Shown one piece after another: positions 51,661-57,419 of a stretch of 57,419 bases of DNA. The notes under the pieces are model-generated. The model was not told the origin of the DNA. It saw only the letters and a program-made list of their open reading frames with translations, and did not search any database. The stretch covers positions 1-57,419 of the forward strand of contig NW_021834313.1 of NCBI RefSeq assembly GCF_006345805.1. The letters are read 5' to 3'. This DNA comes from Octopus sinensis. Its lineage: Eukaryota. The position numbers and the translations under genes were made by a program. The first letter of the stretch is position 1. Every line of letters starts with the position of its first letter.

Positions 51661-52073
51661 GGCGTAGGAGTGGCTGTGTGGTAAGTAGCTTGCTTACCAA
51701 ACACATGGTTCCGGGTTCAACCCACTGCGTGGCCCGTTCGGCAAGTGTCTTCTACTATAGCCTCGGGCCGACCAAAGCCTTGAAGAGTGGATTTGGCAGA
51801 TGGAAACTGAAAGAAGCCCGTCGTATATTTGTATATACATATATATGTGTGCGTGTGTATATGTTTGTGTCTGTGTTTGTACTTCCCAACACCGCCTGAC
51901 AACCGATGCTGGTGTGTTTACGTCTCCGTAACTTAGAGGTTCGGCAAAAGAGACCGATATAATAAGTACTAGGCTTACAAAAAATAAGTCCTCGGGTCAA
52001 TTTGCTCGATTAAAGACGGTGCTCCAGCATGGCCACAGTCAAATGACCGAAACAAGTAAAAGAGTAAAAGAGT
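51661..52073 (+). mobile_element. SINE family A, full length
   Basis: A-box TGGCTGTGTGG, B-box GGTTCAACCC, internal microsatellite, (GTAAAAGA) tail. Confidence 0.95.
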
Positions 52074-52235
52074 GCCTCCATGAAAATGTTTGCCTTTGGA
52101 TTTTTTTATATATTCAGTGGAAATATCCAGGATGTCTGTTACATTTGAAGTTCGGTGAGATATCTACCAGATTACGAGTTCTACAATAATTTTTAAAACA
52201 AATGAAAACTCAACGCTAATTTACACGATAATTTA

Positions 52236-52640
52236 GGTAGCGGAGCTGGCAGAATCGTTAGCACTCTGAGAAAAATGATTAGCAGTATTTCACTCGTCTT
52301 TACGTTCTGAGTTCAAATTCTGCCGAGGTCGACTTTGCCTTTCACCCTTTCGGGGTCGATAAATTAAGTAGCAGTTACGCACTGGGGTCGATATAATCGA
52401 CTTAATCCGTTTGTCAGTCCTTGTTTATCCTCTCTTTGTGTAGTCCCTTGTGGGCAGTAAAGAAATAGGTATTTCGTTCGTCTTTACGTTCTGAGTTCAA
52501 AATCCACCGAGGTCGACTTTGTATTTCATCGTTTCAGGGTCGATTAAAGAAGCACCAATTGAGCACTGGGGTCAATGTAATCGACTTCCTCCTCTCCACC
52601 CCGAAAGTGCTGGCCCTGTGCCAAAATTTGAAACCAATTT
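52236..52640 (+). mobile_element. SINE family B tandem dimer with two different tails
   Basis: Core GTCTTTACGTTCTGAGTTCAAA..GAGGTCGACTTTG repeated at ~52297 and ~52481; tail 1 as in 34342-34380, tail 2 as in 11690-11728. Confidence 0.9.
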
Positions 52641-54003
52641 ACTGGGCATTATATATTTTTTTATGCCTCTTTATATTACAATTACTATTCACACTAGAAT
52701 AATTTAATTTATTCTTTTATCTATACATTTTATGAATCGCTTTATAAAGGTGAAATAAACGATTTTAGTTCAAATTATATATAAAGTAACACTAGGAGGG
52801 CTATTAACAATTGTTATTTGAGGACGAACTCTTTAGCTATTAACCTATTAATATGTTCAGGTCAATTTTCATTCTGCAATTAATCGCAATTAATCATTAA
52901 AAAAATTATGCATCAGAAAGCCACAAAACGGTAATTGTGCGATAATTTGGATTTATGAAAATTTAATAATACATGCATAGTATTTATAAATCCATTAAAT
53001 TCTTCGCACTGTATGACATTATTTAATCTTGTATTGGGGATACTATACATTCAAAGGCAAACAAGATTTATTTGTTAGTTGGCATTTAGTATTTAGCAAT
53101 TTTTCGCTTAATGTTGTATTTTTACATAAAAACACACGCATACACATACTCATACATAAATACCTATATATACATATACACACATAGGCACAAACACATA
53201 TATATGTATGTATGTATATATATATATATACATGTATGTATGAATTTATAAATAAATAACTTAATGTATGCTTGAAAAATAAATATGAAAATCTATATCC
53301 GGCGGCAGAAACTAATGATCGGTTAAATATTTACTTGCTTCGTTAAGGCCGACCACAAAGTTCAATATAAACATCTACAGTAAATGATTCAATAGCAGCG
53401 GGCCACAAGGTTATTTCTTCTCTTATCCTTATTTCTATATATCTCGTCCTTTCCCTGACCCTAATCAACTCAATTCGCTGAAGTCTTTACCAACTAAATA
53501 TCAATTCTACGAATTTTCGTTTTTTCATTCAATTTCCATGCAATGTTATGCATTGAATATGGACAGCATCGATTTTTTTCCCCTGAAGAATTCTTGACAA
53601 AAAAAAATATTAAATAGAAAAAATGGCTACCTTGCGCCTTCTTCCCGCATGATAGTATGATGTAAGGTATTTTGTATACTTAAGCATATTAATCGTGATA
53701 AGAAGGCTATTTGTAGTTTGAATTTCTATGATAATAATAAAACGTGATTGGAAACAGAACTCTAACCCTATGGAGGTTTTGTTTTGTCTCGTTTTCATCT
53801 CTGGTTTATGTGCTTTCTGAATTTTTCTTGCATCCAAACGTTATCAATATTGTTTTGCGAGGGATATATGGTATTGACAAAGTGAATATATGGTAAAAAC
53901 AAAGTGACGCGTTCAAATGCACATATATACACACAGAGGAACACACATATGCACGAACACTCACAGTTCACATACATACATGCAATCATACATATATACA
54001 TAC

Positions 54004-54087
<84 letters not shown>

Positions 54088-54329
54088 ATGTATGTATGTA
54101 GGTATGTAAATAAACTCTTACGTATTACATTTTGTATATCAAGAGATCTTAATTACGTTATGTGAAATATAAATACAAATGAGATAAATATATCATTCTA
54201 TATATTAAATGAACGCTACTTCAATGATGGATCTATTTATGTTGAAAAACTAGCAATTTTCACAGATTAGAGAGTAAAGATACTAGAAGTATTCTGTCGA
54301 AAGAGAGAGCGCCAACATCCACATAAATT

Positions 54330-54880
54330 TAATGGTATCAGCTGGAACAACTTCCGTTTACGCAGATGACTACCACTAAATTTCGAAGGTTTCGAAAAAT
54401 TCGGATTAGATTTCTTAAACTCAATACCAAATCTTAAACTACTTAAGTCATTTAATTTAAAAAGAAATAATAAAAAAAAAACTTATATCAATAACCTTAA
54501 ACCCTAAAGAAGATTGATTAATTGGTAAATTGTAGCCTAAACAGAAGCCTCTGCAGTAAGATCAAAATTCAGAACTATATGAGAGATTGAGCACAGACCT
54601 ACTACGATATTTATTGGGAAATGAAAGACATTAGTCTAACAAATCAGAAACTTTTAACGCTATAAATCTAAACTTTAACTTAGTCTGAAACTATTTATTG
54701 GCATAGCTGAAGGGAAATTCAATAGAAGATTTTGCAAACAGTTCTCTTCGTTCAGAAACATTAATAAACGAAATGTAACACACCTCTGGCCACTGAGAGA
54801 AACGCCTTCGAATCATAATACCAGCAAGAAGATCAATGAGAGATCCAGTACTTATCAATGACAGCAACAAATGAGGCCTG
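54330..54880 (+). mobile_element. Penelope-like element remnant (linker plus GIY-YIG)
   Basis: ISWNN.PFTQM..IRFLKL, then FIGIAEGKFNRRFCKQFSSFRNINKRNVTHLWPLRE. Confidence 0.65.
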
Positions 54881-55215
54881 CACACTGATAACATAACATT
54901 TGGTGCAACTGGGGCTATATTCAAGTTGCTGGGTATGAAACTATCCGAAAATGTAGGGACTTAGGCAATACGGCTTTACTTAACAGATCATAATATTCTT
55001 AAATTATAAGTCGCATTTGTACATGATATTTCAATAGAGGATAATTCATGTTTGTAGAATTTTGTATAATATATCAACACTTACGTTACATAATCCTGAG
55101 ACACGGCAGTAATAACGTTTCTGCTCTAATTGCTAATACATACAGGATCATCTTGCAATTAAAATGCCCTTATACATTTCTTACGCATTTGGCTTTATTT
55201 CTTTTATGAGTTTAA

Positions 55216-55474
55216 AACATAAATAAATGCGCCCTTTTAAAGCCTAGCCAGGCTCATAGGCCCGGCTTCCCGGTTTCAATTGCGTATGTGTTCCCCAGCT
55301 GGACAGGGCGCCAGTCCATCGCAGCGTTACTCATTTTTGCCAGCTGAGTGGACTGGAGCTACGTGAAATGAAGTGTTTTGCTCAAGAACACAGCACGTCG
55401 CCCGGCCCAGGAATCGAAGCCACAATCTTACGATCATGATGCTGATACCCTAACCACTAAGCCACGCGCCTCCA
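55216..55474 (-). mobile_element. SINE family C, full length with perfect 15-bp TSD
   Basis: CTTTTATGAGTTTAA at 55201-55215 and 55475-55489; reverse complement has TGGCTTAGTGG and CTTCGATTCC boxes. Confidence 0.95.
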
Positions 55475-56917
55475 CTTTTATGAGTTTAACATGTTATATT
55501 TTTAATAAGGACAAATGCTTTAATTAATATATGGACTACCAACTATTTACTTTAGTTTCAAATTTTAAACAACTGGTTGATTTTTCTCAAAATACTCTGA
55601 ATATTCCGAACACAATTCACTACGTCTTTCTATGTGGATCCAAAAATGTACATTTTTCAGTTCAAATCAAATCACTGGTCTTTTGAATGATGTTCGATGT
55701 AAAACCGGGTCTGATGAAGCAAGGATTAACCAGAGATCAATTTTTATATGTGCACTCGCGCAAATCCTCGTACATATGTATATAGATATGTAACAAAGAA
55801 AATGATGACATCAATACAGCATAAATTATATATCATTTACAATTGCTTCAGTACCATTCCAATTCGAATTGCATGTATATATATATATATATATATATGC
55901 ATACATGCATGTGATAAATTGCATAAGAACTGAATATATTTATCCAGAGTTCAATGACGTGGGTTGGGTACTATACATGATATGCCAAAAAAGTGATTTA
56001 TAAACATGCATGTGTTTGTTTATGTGTGTATGAATTTATGTATCTATGTGTTTGTGTACACACACACACACATACACACACACACACACAACACATTCAC
56101 ACACACAACACACACACACACACATATATATACACACAAATCGAAATTAAGAATAAAAACAAACTTAAACAACAATAGTCAAACGGTCGTACTCAGTGAA
56201 TGTATTAGGTTAACGCTTAGTTTAAAATGGAAAATAGAGGCTTTGTGTGAGATTTCGAGCATGATTCCTCTCCACAAAGAGAAAAGATGAAAGGTCCGGA
56301 GAGGAGGAAAAAAAAGTTGAAGGAAAGCACTTGAGAGGTCGCGTGGTTACATGCCTGAGAGTCTACATAAATGCAATGCAAAATAAATAGCAGCAAATTG
56401 CGGTGTCTGATGAATTGCTACTCCAGGCCACTCGTCTATGGATAAAGTAATACACTCCTTCTGTAAATAATCACACTTAATCATCTATATATAATATATA
56501 TGTTTAAGCGGAACGGGAATCAATCAATTGGAACCAATGTTATGTTGTATTAGTATATTAACCTTTATTTTCTATATTCCTCTTCTCAAGCGTTACACAC
56601 TGGTTACACCAGTGACATAAAGCTGCAGTTCCAGTACATGTAGACGTAAAGTGCAGTTAGCCGGGATTTCGTATTGACTGGTGTACAATGATTCTAAAGC
56701 CTCCATCTCTCATTAATGATTATAAATGAAGATCCGACCTGTGCGCTGTGGTAGAATGCCTGTCATGTCTACAAGAGATGAAGGTTCAAGTAAGACGAGC
56801 AACTCAACCCATTATTTACAGCGTATTATTTATAACTTTATTTGTACTTCGAGAACCTATTCTAAAACAAAATTATTCCATGGTCTCTGGAAAATTTATA
56901 AATTCTTATGACGACAT

Positions 56918-56962
<45 letters not shown>

Positions 56963-57419
56963 ATATACATACACACACATATACATAAATATATATATGT
57001 ATATTTTGTGTGAGTATGCGTATGTGTATGTGTGTGTGTGTGTGCGTGTGTACATGTATGCGTCTGCACTCGAACGTGTAAGAAGAGATGTGCAAGTCAG
57101 TTTGCTATGGGAATAGAACTTTATCAATTAAATAAAAACAATTTATGTAATAATTTAATATTTTATTTAAAATTGACACTTATAGAACCGTAAATCTTAC
57201 TTGTCTGCATTTATTCGTGTAGTTAGACGAAACAAAGCCGTCTCTCTCCCTCCACCGTCGCATTCCCCAGTACACACACGCACACACCACACACACACAC
57301 TCCCACAATGTACATGTATGCATATGTTATATATATATGTATGTATATATATATATAGATATTATATATATATATATATATTATATATATATATATATTA
57401 TATATATATATATTATATA

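Noticed and set aside
51661-51730. tRNA genes at SINE heads
   Set aside because: A/B boxes are present but there is no complete cloverleaf, and each continues into a SINE body
55711-55717. CTGATGA hammerhead core (also at ~43823 and ~56408)
   Set aside because: No stem II followed by GAAA and no matching stem I
1-57419. CRISPR array or prokaryotic operon
   Set aside because: No regularly spaced direct repeats and no gene-dense coding; the sequence is eukaryotic repeat-rich DNA

Overview
AT-rich eukaryotic DNA, intergenic or intronic, with no recognisable host protein-coding exon. The dense (TA)n/(CA)n/(TATG)n/(TAA)n microsatellites and three multi-copy tRNA-derived SINE families point to a coleoid cephalopod (Octopus-like) genome; this is inference. 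Most ORFs in the track are microsatellite artefacts. The window holds about 20 SINE copies with shuffled modules and decayed non-LTR retrotransposon fragments (Tx1/L1, CR1, RTE, and restriction-like-endonuclease R4/Dong-type elements sitting in microsatellites). It also holds at least five Penelope-like element (PLE) coding remnants, a few DNA-transposon/MITE/Helitron remnants and an unclassified (TAA)n-tailed repeat. The most notable signal is a set of fold-back (long inverted repeat) elements, mostly next to (TA)n, that carry minimal type-I hammerhead ribozyme motifs with palindromic stem III. One of these (14751-14790, minus strand) is complete, has a compensatory U3-A8 core in place of C3-G8, and lies downstream of a PLE C-terminal coding remnant. 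All translations and folds were read by eye, and boundaries of decayed elements are approximate.
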